NCBI GenBank assembly: GCA_947085095.1
Contig: CAMTVD010000014.1
Span: 96,001 to 160,000, forward strand
Source: an uncultured Thermus sp.
GTDB taxonomy: Bacteria > Deinococcota > Deinococci > Deinococcales > Thermaceae
DNA length: 64,000 bases
Reading direction: 5' to 3'
Shown here: positions 22,362 to 30,776 of the stretch, in pieces
How the letters are laid out: the number at the start of each line of letters is the position of its first letter
Numbering within the stretch: the stretch's first letter is position 1
Made by a program: the position numbers and the translations under genes
The notes under the pieces: model-generated
Told to the model about the DNA's origin: nothing
The model's input: only the letters and a program-made list of their open reading frames with translations
Databases searched by the model: none

Positions 22362-25300
22362 TCAGTGGTTCGCGCTTTCCGAGGGGACGCTAAGGCCCAC
22401 CTGTCCCAAGGCCTCCCCATCGGCTAGCACCAAAAGGGTGTGTTGGCCGGGGTTTAAGGCTACCTCCCCGGCCCAGGTGTAGCCGTCCTCGCTTGTGAGG
22501 GCGAAAGACTGGCCTTCTTTCCGTAGGACCACCTGGGTGGCCCGAAAACGCAGGGTGAGGCGCACCTTGGGCCCCTCGAGGGCCAGGGGGCTGTAGAGGG
22601 GGCCCGCCACCACCTGGAGGAAAAGGGGGGCTTCGGCCTCCTCCCGGCCCTTGGCCTGGACCTTGAGGGTGTGGAAGCCGGGGGGAAGGGGAAGGCGCAC
22701 CTTGACGGCGTAGTAGTTCTCCCCCTGGGGAAGAAGGGGTACCCGCCCGCTGGGGAGTTCCAGCCAGACCTCCCGGGCCTCCCCTTGGACCAGGGCCTTC
22801 ACCTCCACCTCGGCCCCGGCCAGGGGGACGGGGGGGTCCAGGGTGGCCACCAGGCTGAGGCGCTCGGCGGTGTAGGTTACCTCCACCTCCCGCCTGGGGG
22901 GGGTCACCTCCACCCGGACCCGGGGGGAGGGGGCCTCGAGGGCCACCTGGACCTCGGGGGCCTTGGCCGTCCGGTAGCCTTGGGGCAGGTAGCGGGGGTC
23001 AGGGTAGACGCGGTAGCTGCCGGGGAAAAGCCCGCCGAGCAGGGCCCGGCCGTTCATGTCGGCCCGGGTGCAGCGCACCACCGGCCCCTCGGCGCACACT
23101 CCGGCGTAGGCCAGCCCCCCCTCGCGCTCCTGGTCCCAGACCTCCACCCAAAGCTGGGTGGCGGGGGCGAAGGGGAGGGGCTTCTCCAGCCGGGTGTTCA
23201 GCCTGACCTCCAGGGTTTCCTCCCCTACCAGGGCGAGGGTGGCGGGCAGGTTGGGGAAGAGGAGGCGGCCTTGGCCGGGGGCGGCCAGGAGGCGGTAGCG
23301 GCCCTGGGCGTCCGTGGTCTCGCAGGCGCTTCCCAGGCAGACTTTGAGGCCCGCCAAGGGGGTTTCCCCGGGGTCTAGGCGCCCGTTCAGGTTCTCGTCC
23401 CGGAAGGCCTGGCCCACCACCTCCCCCCCCTTGCGCCCGCCGAAGAGGTCCACCACCTCCTTGGGGGTGGCGAAGGTGAGGGCCTGGGCGTAGAACAGGG
23501 TGAGGCCGAAGCCGTGGCGGGCCTCCCCGCCTCGCAGGGTGAGGGTGTAGGAGGCCCCCAGGGCCAGGCCCGGTTCCAGGAAGTTCCGCTGGTAAAGGCT
23601 AAGGCCGAAGCGCTGGCTGGCCTCGGTCTCCAGGCGGTACTCGTAGAAGAGGCGGCTTTGCAGGCTTCCGGTCCAGAGTTGGCTCCAGGCGGCCCCGTAA
23701 AGGGTGAGGTCCCTGTTCGTGCCCCACCTGGTGAGGTACTGGCCCTCCAGGTTCCCCCCGGGAAGGGGTATGCGCAAGGTGGCGCTCCCCTCCCAGAGGG
23801 GGCTTTCCTGGCTCACGTGGCGCAGGCTTGCCGAGAGGCTGAAATCCCGGGTGCCCAGGGCCAGGCTGGCCTGGTAGATCTGGCTTTCCGGGGCTTCCCC
23901 GGAAAGGGGCCGGTTGAGGCCATAGCTGAGGCCCAGGCTCCCCGTGTACTCCCCAGGCTGGCCGAAGACCACGCCGAGGCTTGGGGTAAGGCCGAAGCCC
24001 CGGTTTTCCCCCTGCTGGCGGTAGCTCCCCGTGAGGCTCAAGAAGGCCCCCGCCAGGGGCTGGTAGTAGAGGGTGGCCTGGTTCTGCCACAGCCCCGTCT
24101 GGGAACCCAGCTGCAGGCTGGTGCTGGCCCTGAGACCCAGGGGGTAGAGGCGCCGGGTGCCCCCGGCCAGGCCCAGGGTGTGGATGCCGGCGAAGGGTAC
24201 CCCGCTGTAGCTCTGCACCAGCTCCAGCTCCTGGGTCTGCCAGGTGAGGCTCTGGCTGAAGCCGAAGGAGAGGCGGTACTCCCCTGCGGCCTGGCCGGAG
24301 AGGTCCGTGCCCAGGCCCAGACTCAGGCCTGCCCCCAGGGGCAGGCGGTAGCGGAGGCTCAGGGCGTCCTGCCGCCCCAGGGGGGTGGTCTGGGTGCTCA
24401 GGTGGCCCTGGAGGTCCAGGGTTTTGTCCAGGCTCACCCCGCTGGCCCGCAGGCCCAGGGCCTGGGGACGGTAGGTGCCCTCCAGGCTCAGGCGCAGGGC
24501 CTGGAGGCGGAAGCTTCCCGCCAGGCTGAAACTCCCTCCCCCGCCCTGGGCCCGGGCCTCCCAGCCCTCCCCCTTCAGGCTCAGGGTGAGGCTTTGCGGA
24601 GGGCGCAAGGGGTTTTCCAGGTCCCCGCTCAGGGGGCCTGGGGTGGCGCTGGCGCTCACGTAGTCGGAAAGGGCGCCGGAGAGGCTGGGCAACACCTGGT
24701 AGCCCACCTGCCCCCGGAGCTGGCCCTGCTCCCAGCTGGCCCCTAAGGATAGGGCCAGGCCCAGACCCAGGGTGAGCGCGGGGTCCTGGCTACGGCCTCG
24801 GCTGCCCAGGGGGTCCTTGAAAAGGACGATGACCCCCGCCTCCCTCCGGGCCTCGGCCTTGCCCTTGGGGGTGGCCCGGAGCTTCAGGTAGAAGCGGTAG
24901 CCCGCAGAGATCTCCCCCCTTAGGCTCACCAGGACCCGCACCGCCCCTGTCTCCCCGGGGGCCAGGCTCAGGCCCGGAGGGTTCAGGAAGACTTGGGCCA
25001 TGGCCGCCTCGGCCTCCAGGAGGACTTCCTCGGACTGGTTGGAGCGGTTGGTCACGTAGACGGGAAACTCAAAGGGCCCCCCCAGCTCCACCTCGAGGGT
25101 GGTGGGGGCGGAGAGGGCGATCTCGGTGCGGGGGAGGACCCTAAGCTCCACCTCGGTCCGGGCCACCTCCTTTTCCTCCACGTAGGCCACCACCCGGGCC
25201 AGGCCCCGGCTGCCCGCGGGCAGGGGGGGGACCCGCAGGGTGAAGCTCACCTCCTCCACCCTGCCCTCCAGCACCGCCACCCGTTCCAGGGAGAGGGCCT

Positions 25301-25469
25301 GCCAGCCCTCCGGGGGCTCGAGGCGGAAGCGCACCGTGCCCTGCCCCTCCACCTTCAAGCCCAGGGTGAGGTAGTCCCCGGGGGTGCCCGCCAGGCCCGG
25401 GGTAGGGAGAAAGCGCACCTGGGCGAAAGCTGCGCCCAGGAGGAGAAAGAGGGGCAGGAAGAGGCGCAT
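22362..25469 (-). CDS. Large outer-membrane usher-like protein (Ig domains, beta-strand-rich core, SdrD-B/CnaB-like domains)
   Basis: Signal peptide; long run of amphipathic beta-strands; GQAFRDENLNGRLDPGETPLAG motif; next to a chaperone-like gene. Confidence 0.65.
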   Translation of the reverse strand: MRLFLPLFLLLGAAFAQVRFLPTPGLAGTPGDYLTLGLKVEGQGTVRFRLEPPEGWQALSLERVAVLEGRVEEVSFTLRVPPLPAGSRGLARVVAYVEEKEVARTEVELRVLPRTEIALSAPTTLEVELGGPFEFPVYVTNRSNQSEEVLLEAEAAMAQVFLNPPGLSLAPGETGAVRVLVSLRGEISAGYRFYLKLRATPKGKAEARREAGVIVLFKDPLGSRGRSQDPALTLGLGLALSLGASWEQGQLRGQVGYQVLPSLSGALSDYVSASATPGPLSGDLENPLRPPQSLTLSLKGEGWEARAQGGGGSFSLAGSFRLQALRLSLEGTYRPQALGLRASGVSLDKTLDLQGHLSTQTTPLGRQDALSLRYRLPLGAGLSLGLGTDLSGQAAGEYRLSFGFSQSLTWQTQELELVQSYSGVPFAGIHTLGLAGGTRRLYPLGLRASTSLQLGSQTGLWQNQATLYYQPLAGAFLSLTGSYRQQGENRGFGLTPSLGVVFGQPGEYTGSLGLSYGLNRPLSGEAPESQIYQASLALGTRDFSLSASLRHVSQESPLWEGSATLRIPLPGGNLEGQYLTRWGTNRDLTLYGAAWSQLWTGSLQSRLFYEYRLETEASQRFGLSLYQRNFLEPGLALGASYTLTLRGGEARHGFGLTLFYAQALTFATPKEVVDLFGGRKGGEVVGQAFRDENLNGRLDPGETPLAGLKVCLGSACETTDAQGRYRLLAAPGQGRLLFPNLPATLALVGEETLEVRLNTRLEKPLPFAPATQLWVEVWDQEREGGLAYAGVCAEGPVVRCTRADMNGRALLGGLFPGSYRVYPDPRYLPQGYRTAKAPEVQVALEAPSPRVRVEVTPPRREVEVTYTAERLSLVATLDPPVPLAGAEVEVKALVQGEAREVWLELPSGRVPLLPQGENYYAVKVRLPLPPGFHTLKVQAKGREEAEAPLFLQVVAGPLYSPLALEGPKVRLTLRFRATQVVLRKEGQSFALTSEDGYTWAGEVALNPGQHTLLVLADGEALGQVGLSVPSESANH

Positions 25470-25470
25470 C

Positions 25471-25956
25471 CTAGGGTTGCCTCAGGGCGGTGACCAGGGC
25501 TTCGACCATGTAGCTTCCGGCGCGCTCGTTGCCGAGAAGCTCTAGGGCGAACTCCAAGCGGATCTCCAGCCAGTCCCCGGTGGGACCCGCTTGCGTGTAG
25601 ATGATCTGCGGGGTGCCGTCGGCCCTGAGCCAAAGCCCCCCGTTGACCCGGTAGAGCACCTGTCGGGCGGGTAGGAGGAGGTTCCCGTTCTGGTCCTTGA
25701 GGTCGGGGATCTGCAGGACCAGGCTCCAAACCTCGGGGGCGTTGGAAAAGACCTGGACCGGCAGAACCCCCCCTTCCAGGTTGCTGGCGGGGTAGATGGC
25801 GGGGAAGCTCTTGGGGGGGTAGTCCTCCAGCTCAAAGGCGATCTGGGTGGTGGGGGTGCGCAGGGCTATGGTTTCGGGGATCAGGGTCTGCACGATCCAG
25901 GTGGCCTGGGCCAGGGCGGGAGCCAGCCAGAGGAGGCCGACCATCAGGGCTTTCAT
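25471..25956 (-). CDS. Secreted pilin-like minor subunit
   Basis: Signal peptide ending ALA-Q; C-terminal AGSY plus beta-strand; N-terminal motif shared with the 26850-27683 product. Confidence 0.6.
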   Translation of the reverse strand: MKALMVGLLWLAPALAQATWIVQTLIPETIALRTPTTQIAFELEDYPPKSFPAIYPASNLEGGVLPVQVFSNAPEVWSLVLQIPDLKDQNGNLLLPARQVLYRVNGGLWLRADGTPQIIYTQAGPTGDWLEIRLEFALELLGNERAGSYMVEALVTALRQP

Positions 25957-26798
25957 GGGCTACCTCCTTTTTCTCCCTCCGGAGGGGGAGGCGGGGCTGG
26001 GGGGGCCGCCAGGGGGGTGCGCAGGGTAAAGGGCAGGTCGGCGGCCACGTCCTTGCTGGGATCGCCGTAGTTGAGGATGGCCAAGGCGGTGTAGTTCCCC
26101 ACAGGAAGGGGCCCCACCAGGGCGATGGGCAGGATGCGCACCTGTCCGGGAAGCACCACCTCCTCTTCTATGAGGACCTCGGCCACCTTGCGGCCGGAGG
26201 TGTCCCGCACCTCAAAGCGTCCGGAAAGTTTCTGGGCGGTGTTCCCCGTGTTTTGGTACTGCAGGGCGAACCGGAAGGGGTCTTGGGGTTTCTGAGGGGC
26301 GCTGGGGACGATGCCGGTGATCCGCCCCGAAGAGGTGAGGGGGGGGATGTTGACGTAAAAGACGTGGGCCATCCGCACCCGGAAGGTGGCCAGGGGCACC
26401 CCGGGAGGGGGGTTGGGGTCCTCGGCCTCCAGGAAGAGCACGCCCCAGTGGGTGCCTGGAGCGGCCTCCTTGGGCACGGTGAGGGTGTAGGTGAGGGGGC
26501 GGGAGGCCTTGGCCTCCAGCAAGAACTCCGCTGGGGCGAAGGTGGCCCAGGGGCTGGCGCTCTCCTTCAGGGTGCCCACGGGCAGGAACTGAATCTTCCC
26601 CATGGGGTCGTAGGTCCAGTCCCCAAGGCTTGCCCGGACCCGCACCGGGCGGGTGCCCACGTTATGGATCCGCAGGGTTTGGGTGAGGGTTTCCCCCGGC
26701 TTGGCCTCCTTGAGGAGGACCGGGGGCTCCACGCCCAGGGTGCTTTGGGCTAGGGCACTCAGGGCCAGGGTGAGGAGGAGGGGAAAGGCTCGCTTCAT
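25953..26798 (-). CDS. PapD-like/DUF916-like periplasmic pilus chaperone
   Basis: Signal peptide; GVEPPVL...TLRIHNVG...SPWATFAPAEFLL...TVPKEAAPGTHWGVLFLE; second Ig domain with NTGN. Confidence 0.72.
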   Translation of the reverse strand: MKRAFPLLLTLALSALAQSTLGVEPPVLLKEAKPGETLTQTLRIHNVGTRPVRVRASLGDWTYDPMGKIQFLPVGTLKESASPWATFAPAEFLLEAKASRPLTYTLTVPKEAAPGTHWGVLFLEAEDPNPPPGVPLATFRVRMAHVFYVNIPPLTSSGRITGIVPSAPQKPQDPFRFALQYQNTGNTAQKLSGRFEVRDTSGRKVAEVLIEEEVVLPGQVRILPIALVGPLPVGNYTALAILNYGDPSKDVAADLPFTLRTPLAAPPAPPPPPEGEKGGSP

Positions 26799-26808
26799 GG
26801 CGCTCCAG

Positions 26809-26840
26809 AAAAGGGGCCTGGCCCGGGAGGACCAGGCCCC
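26809..26840 (-). terminator. Stem-loop/partial terminator after the putative major subunit gene
   Basis: Minus strand GGGGCCTGG-N10-CCAGGCCCC-TTTT between the subunit and chaperone genes. Confidence 0.7.
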
Positions 26841-26849
26841 GTGCCTCAC

Positions 26850-27683
26850 CTACCAGGAGGTGGTGGTGAGGGTGTAGGTCAGGTTCGCGGTGCTCTTGCC
26901 CCAGAGGTCGGCGTTGACCTTGATGGCCACCACCACCAGGTCGTCCAGCCAGCTCTTGTAGCCGCACCGCTCGGGGTTAAGGCCAGAACGGTAGCCCGTG
27001 GGCCCGGCCTGCAGGTTCTTGGGCACCAGGTGCCGGGTGGCCCCGTTGGGCAGCTCGTAGACGCCCGTGGCCGCGCCGAAGGTGTCGCAGGGGTTGTCCT
27101 GGATGTAGAGGTGCTGGATCCCCTGGGCCCCATGGGGGTCGTTGCGGGTCACGGTCAGGTCCCAGCGCTTGCCGTTGGAGAACTTCTGCAGGATGAAGGA
27201 GCGCCAGCAGACGAAGTAGTTCTTGCTCCCGGGCACCAGTTCCCCGTTCTTGTCCAGTTTGATGGGGGGGTAGGCGGTTACCGCCCCACCGCCGTGGATG
27301 GTGATGTTGGGCCAGGTGGCCACGCCGTAGCTGGTCCCCAGGGGCAGGACCTGCACCTGGTTGTAGAAGTTGTCCCCCAGCTGGGTCGTGACGTCTTGAT
27401 CCGTGAGGCCGTAGACGCAGACCATCTGGTTCCCGAAGTCCGGGGTGGGGTTGGGCCAGTTGGCCCCGTCCAGGCTCGTGAGGTCAAAGGTCAGCGTGGT
27501 CACGTCCAGGTGCAGGGCCGTGGCCTTGGGGAGGATGAGCTCAATGGTCTGGTACACCGAGGCCGAGTCTGCCCCCTTGGCGTAGGCGTCGGGGCCGTTG
27601 CCCTTGGTGGGGGCGAGGACGGGCGCCTGGGCCAGGGCCAGGGAAGCCATAGCCAGTACCGCTGCCAAAATGCCTTTGCGCAT
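26850..27683 (-). CDS. Secreted putative major fibre subunit (277 aa)
   Basis: Signal peptide; AGGAGG SD; strongly GC3-biased codons; four Cys; C-terminal strand ANLTYTLTT; first gene of the operon. Confidence 0.65.
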   Translation of the reverse strand: MRKGILAAVLAMASLALAQAPVLAPTKGNGPDAYAKGADSASVYQTIELILPKATALHLDVTTLTFDLTSLDGANWPNPTPDFGNQMVCVYGLTDQDVTTQLGDNFYNQVQVLPLGTSYGVATWPNITIHGGGAVTAYPPIKLDKNGELVPGSKNYFVCWRSFILQKFSNGKRWDLTVTRNDPHGAQGIQHLYIQDNPCDTFGAATGVYELPNGATRHLVPKNLQAGPTGYRSGLNPERCGYKSWLDDLVVVAIKVNADLWGKSTANLTYTLTTTSW

Positions 27684-27749
27684 AATGCCCTCCTAAATCT
27701 GTTCCTGGAGGTGGTGGCCTCTCGGAACGTTCTCACGGTACCCTCAGGG

Positions 27750-27770
27750 GCGTTACCGGAGCGTTACCGG
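27750..27770. promoter_or_regulatory. Direct repeat GCGTTACCGG x2 (11-bp period), candidate activator site
   Basis: Perfect 10-mers at 27750-27759 and 27761-27770, 9 nt upstream of a minus-strand TACCGT -10 (27740-27735). Confidence 0.6.
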
Positions 27771-27836
27771 TCATGGGAGTTTCCCCAAGGGGGAAAGGCC
27801 AGGGTGTGGTATTCTAGGGCCAAGGTAGGTAACGGC

Positions 27837-29492
27837 TTGAAACGCCCGGTTAACGATCCCGTTTACGCTTTGCCCCTTCATGGCCGGCCGCGTCTCTTGC
27901 GGGAGGGGAAGGAGGTGCGCCTGGCCCAAAAGGGTTTGGCCCTCCTCTACTTTTTGGCCCTCGAGGGCCCCACCACCCGGGCCCGGCTCGCCGACCTCCT
28001 CTACGGGCACGGGGCCGGCCTGCAGAACCTCAGGGTGGAGCTCCACCGGCTGGCCCAGGCCCTGGGGAGGGAGGTCTTTCCCAGGGGCCAGGACCCCCTG
28101 GTCCTGCCCTCCTGGATTCGCCTGGAAGCCCAGGGGGAAGGGGTGGTCCTGGAGGGCCTCGAGGCGGTGGCGGGGCTTGCGGACTGGGTCTTTGCGATGC
28201 GGGACCGCTACCTGGCCTCCCCGGGGAGCGGCGCCCGGAAGGAGCTTTTGCAGGAGCTTTCCTCCTTGGGTCCCCCTTTTCTTCTGGTGCTTCGGGGGCG
28301 GCTGGGGGCGGGACACCGGGCCTTCGCCCAGGCCCTGGCGGTGGCCTTGGGCCTGCCCTTCCACGAAACCCTGCGGCCCACGGGCCTGGTCTACCTGGAA
28401 CCCCCGTATCCCCCGCTGGCCGTCAAAGAAGTCCTCCGTTCCCAGGCGGTTTTGGTGGTGCGGCTGGACCCTGGGGAGGAGCCCCGGTTTTTCCTGGAGC
28501 TGAGGGCCCAGTACCCTCCAGACCGCACCTGGGTTTTGGACCTTCCCCCCCTGACCTGGCCTGAGGCCAGGGAAGCCCTGTTGAAGGGGGTGCCCTTCGC
28601 TGAGGCGGCCCAGGCCTACTTCCTGGCCGGGGGGCAGCCGGAGTGGATCCCGGAGTGGCGGGCCTGCCCAGAGAGCCCCAAGCGCCCCCTGGCCCAGCTC
28701 CGCCTCCAGACCCGTTTCCTGAGCGAGCCCGCCCGCCTAGCTCTGGAGCGGCTTTCCGCCGTTCCTGGAGTGATCCCCCAGGAGGTGCTGGATGCCCTCG
28801 AGGCCCTGCCCCACTTGGAAGAGCTGGAGCGCCGGGGCTTCTTGGTCTACCAGGGAGGGTACCGCTTCGCCAAGGAGGGGGAGCGGCGGCTTCTCTACAG
28901 CGCCCTGGCCCCGGGGCGGCGGCGGGAGCTCCACGAGCGGGCCGCCACCGCTTTGGCCCTCTCGGGCCGGGGCCAGGAGGAGGCCCTCCACCGCCTGGCC
29001 CTGGGGGAGTCCTATGAGGAGCTCCTTTCCCTGCACCCGGGGTTTTCGGGCCAGAAGTTGGGGAAGCGGTCCGTGGGCCGCGGGGCCGAGCGGGTCCTCC
29101 TTCCCCAGGGAGGGGAGGGGGTCTTCTCCGGGGAAAGGGGGTTCTGGGTGGCCCTCCTGGAGCCCGGGGAGGAGGCGCGCCTGCTTTTTGAGCCCCAGGA
29201 CGAGTACCTGCTCCTGGAGGTGGCGGGGGAGGCCTACAGCCCCGGGGATGCCCTGGGCCTTTTCCTGGGGCTTCGGGCCTCTAGAGGGGAAGGGTACGTG
29301 AGGCTCCAGGGGGCCTTCCTCCAGCGCTTCCTCCTGCCCCCGGGGGCCCTGGCCCTGCGCCTTTTCGGCCTGGGGGTGGCGGAGTTCGCCCTTAAGGCCT
29401 TTCGCCCAAGGCCGGTAGGGCCGGAAGCCTGGGACCTAACGGCGGAAGAGGTAAAGGAGCAAGGTGAGGAGGAGGGAAAGGAGAAGGGCTGA
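27837..29492 (+). CDS. SARP/AfsR-like transcriptional regulator with degenerate STAND ATPase region (start uncertain; TTG 27837)
   Basis: LHGRPRL...KGLALLYFLALEGPTTRARLADLLY...NLRVELHRL wHTH; GRLGAGHR degenerate P-loop; GGQP; YRF motif. Confidence 0.7.
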   Translation: MKRPVNDPVYALPLHGRPRLLREGKEVRLAQKGLALLYFLALEGPTTRARLADLLYGHGAGLQNLRVELHRLAQALGREVFPRGQDPLVLPSWIRLEAQGEGVVLEGLEAVAGLADWVFAMRDRYLASPGSGARKELLQELSSLGPPFLLVLRGRLGAGHRAFAQALAVALGLPFHETLRPTGLVYLEPPYPPLAVKEVLRSQAVLVVRLDPGEEPRFFLELRAQYPPDRTWVLDLPPLTWPEAREALLKGVPFAEAAQAYFLAGGQPEWIPEWRACPESPKRPLAQLRLQTRFLSEPARLALERLSAVPGVIPQEVLDALEALPHLEELERRGFLVYQGGYRFAKEGERRLLYSALAPGRRRELHERAATALALSGRGQEEALHRLALGESYEELLSLHPGFSGQKLGKRSVGRGAERVLLPQGGEGVFSGERGFWVALLEPGEEARLLFEPQDEYLLLEVAGEAYSPGDALGLFLGLRASRGEGYVRLQGAFLQRFLLPPGALALRLFGLGVAEFALKAFRPRPVGPEAWDLTAEEVKEQGEEEGKEKG

Positions 29493-29648
29493 GGTGAGGG
29501 GGATGTACACCCTTAGACCCTCCCGCTCTATGCGGATGTCCCCGGGCAGGTGGCCGAACCAGGCGAAGAGCTTGGGGAAGTAGAGGAGGAGAAGCCCTAG
29601 GAGAAGGAGGAAAAGCCCGGCATAGACCAGGACCTTACCCAGCTCCAT
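29436..29648 (-). CDS. DUF2905 small membrane protein
   Basis: FGHLPGDIRIER...YIPLTSALLLS. Confidence 0.88.
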   Translation of the reverse strand: MELGKVLVYAGLFLLLLGLLLLYFPKLFAWFGHLPGDIRIEREGLRVYIPLTSALLLSLLLTLLLYLFRR

Positions 29649-30543
29649 CCCGCACCTCCAGATAGGCGGTGAGGGCCGCCCCCAGAAGCCCGGCCTCAGG
29701 CCCCAGGAGGGCCCGCCTCAGGGGAGGGGCTTCCCAGCCCTGAAGGTAGTGGCGGAAGGTCTTTTGCAGGGTTTCCCAGTACTCCTCGGGGGCGTTCAGG
29801 GCCACCCCGCCCCCCAGGATGACCACCCCGGGGTCAAAGGCCTTGACCAGGCTGGCCAGGCCTATCCCCACGTACCGGGCTCCCTGGAGGAGGATGCGCT
29901 CGGCCTTGGGGTCCCCTTCCTGGAAGAGCTGGAAGAGCTCCCTTGTGTTCACCCAGCGCCCGTAGGCGTAGCCCGCCTCCCGCTCCAGGGCCCGGCCTGC
30001 GGCCAGGGCCTCCAGGCACCCCTCCAGGCCGCATCCGCACACCGGCCCCCCGGGGAGGAGGGTGGTGTGGCCCAGCTCCCCCCCTTGCCCCCTCTCCCCC
30101 CTCAGGACCCGCCCCTCCAGGACCACGCCCCCGCCGATCCCGGTGGAAACGGTGAGGAAGAGGGAAGACCTCTGCCCTTTGCCCGCCCCCAGGTGGTGCT
30201 CGGCCAAGGCGGCGGCGTTGGCGTCGTTTTCCAGGTGGACGGGCCTTCCCGTGGCCTCCTCCAGGAGGCGGCGGATGGGGAAGTCCACCATATTGGGGAT
30301 GTTGGGGGTAAAGCGGATCTTCCCTTCCCGGAAGTCCAAGGGGCCGGGGGTGCCGAGGCCGATGGCCACCGCCCTCACCCCCGCTTCCGCCTCCGCCCGC
30401 CTCGCCGCCTCCGCCAGGGCCTCCACCACCGCCACTCCCCCCTCCTTGGGGGTGGGGAGGAGGACCCGGGAGAGGAGCCTTTCCCCGTCAAAGGCCCCGG
30501 CGGCGATCTTGGTGCCCCCCAGGTCCAGACCCACCACGGTCAT
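29635..30543 (-). CDS. glk: ROK-family glucokinase
   Basis: GLDLGGTK, ENDANAAALAE, STGIGGG, GELGH, CGCGLEGCLE. Confidence 0.92.
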   Translation of the reverse strand: MTVVGLDLGGTKIAAGAFDGERLLSRVLLPTPKEGGVAVVEALAEAARRAEAEAGVRAVAIGLGTPGPLDFREGKIRFTPNIPNMVDFPIRRLLEEATGRPVHLENDANAAALAEHHLGAGKGQRSSLFLTVSTGIGGGVVLEGRVLRGERGQGGELGHTTLLPGGPVCGCGLEGCLEALAAGRALEREAGYAYGRWVNTRELFQLFQEGDPKAERILLQGARYVGIGLASLVKAFDPGVVILGGGVALNAPEEYWETLQKTFRHYLQGWEAPPLRRALLGPEAGLLGAALTAYLEVRDGAG

Positions 30544-30776
30544 GGGATCTCCTCCTCCAAAAGGGCCTCGGCTTCCCCATAGAGGGCCTCGGGGACCCAA
30601 AGGGCCACGTCCCCCATGTAGGTGCCCAAGGCGGCCTCGGGCAGGCCGGAGAAGGGGGTTTCCAGGACCACGGGGAGGCCCTTGGCCTCGAGGCGGGCCC
30701 TCATCCCCTCGGCCACGGGCCTGGGGGCGGAGAGGAGCTTGCGGTAGGGGATACCGGCGATCAGGCGGCGTTCCAT
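30540..30776 (-). CDS. Small hypothetical protein (DUF2007-like)
   Basis: MERRLIAGIPY...AEGMRARLEAKGLPV...LWVPEALYGEAEALL; overlaps both neighbours. Confidence 0.7.
   Translation of the reverse strand: MERRLIAGIPYRKLLSAPRPVAEGMRARLEAKGLPVVLETPFSGLPEAALGTYMGDVALWVPEALYGEAEALLEEEIP

Noticed and set aside
26841..27836. N-terminal third of the 883-aa ORF
   Set aside because: Antisense shadow of the subunit gene. Regulator-like sequence begins only near 27840.
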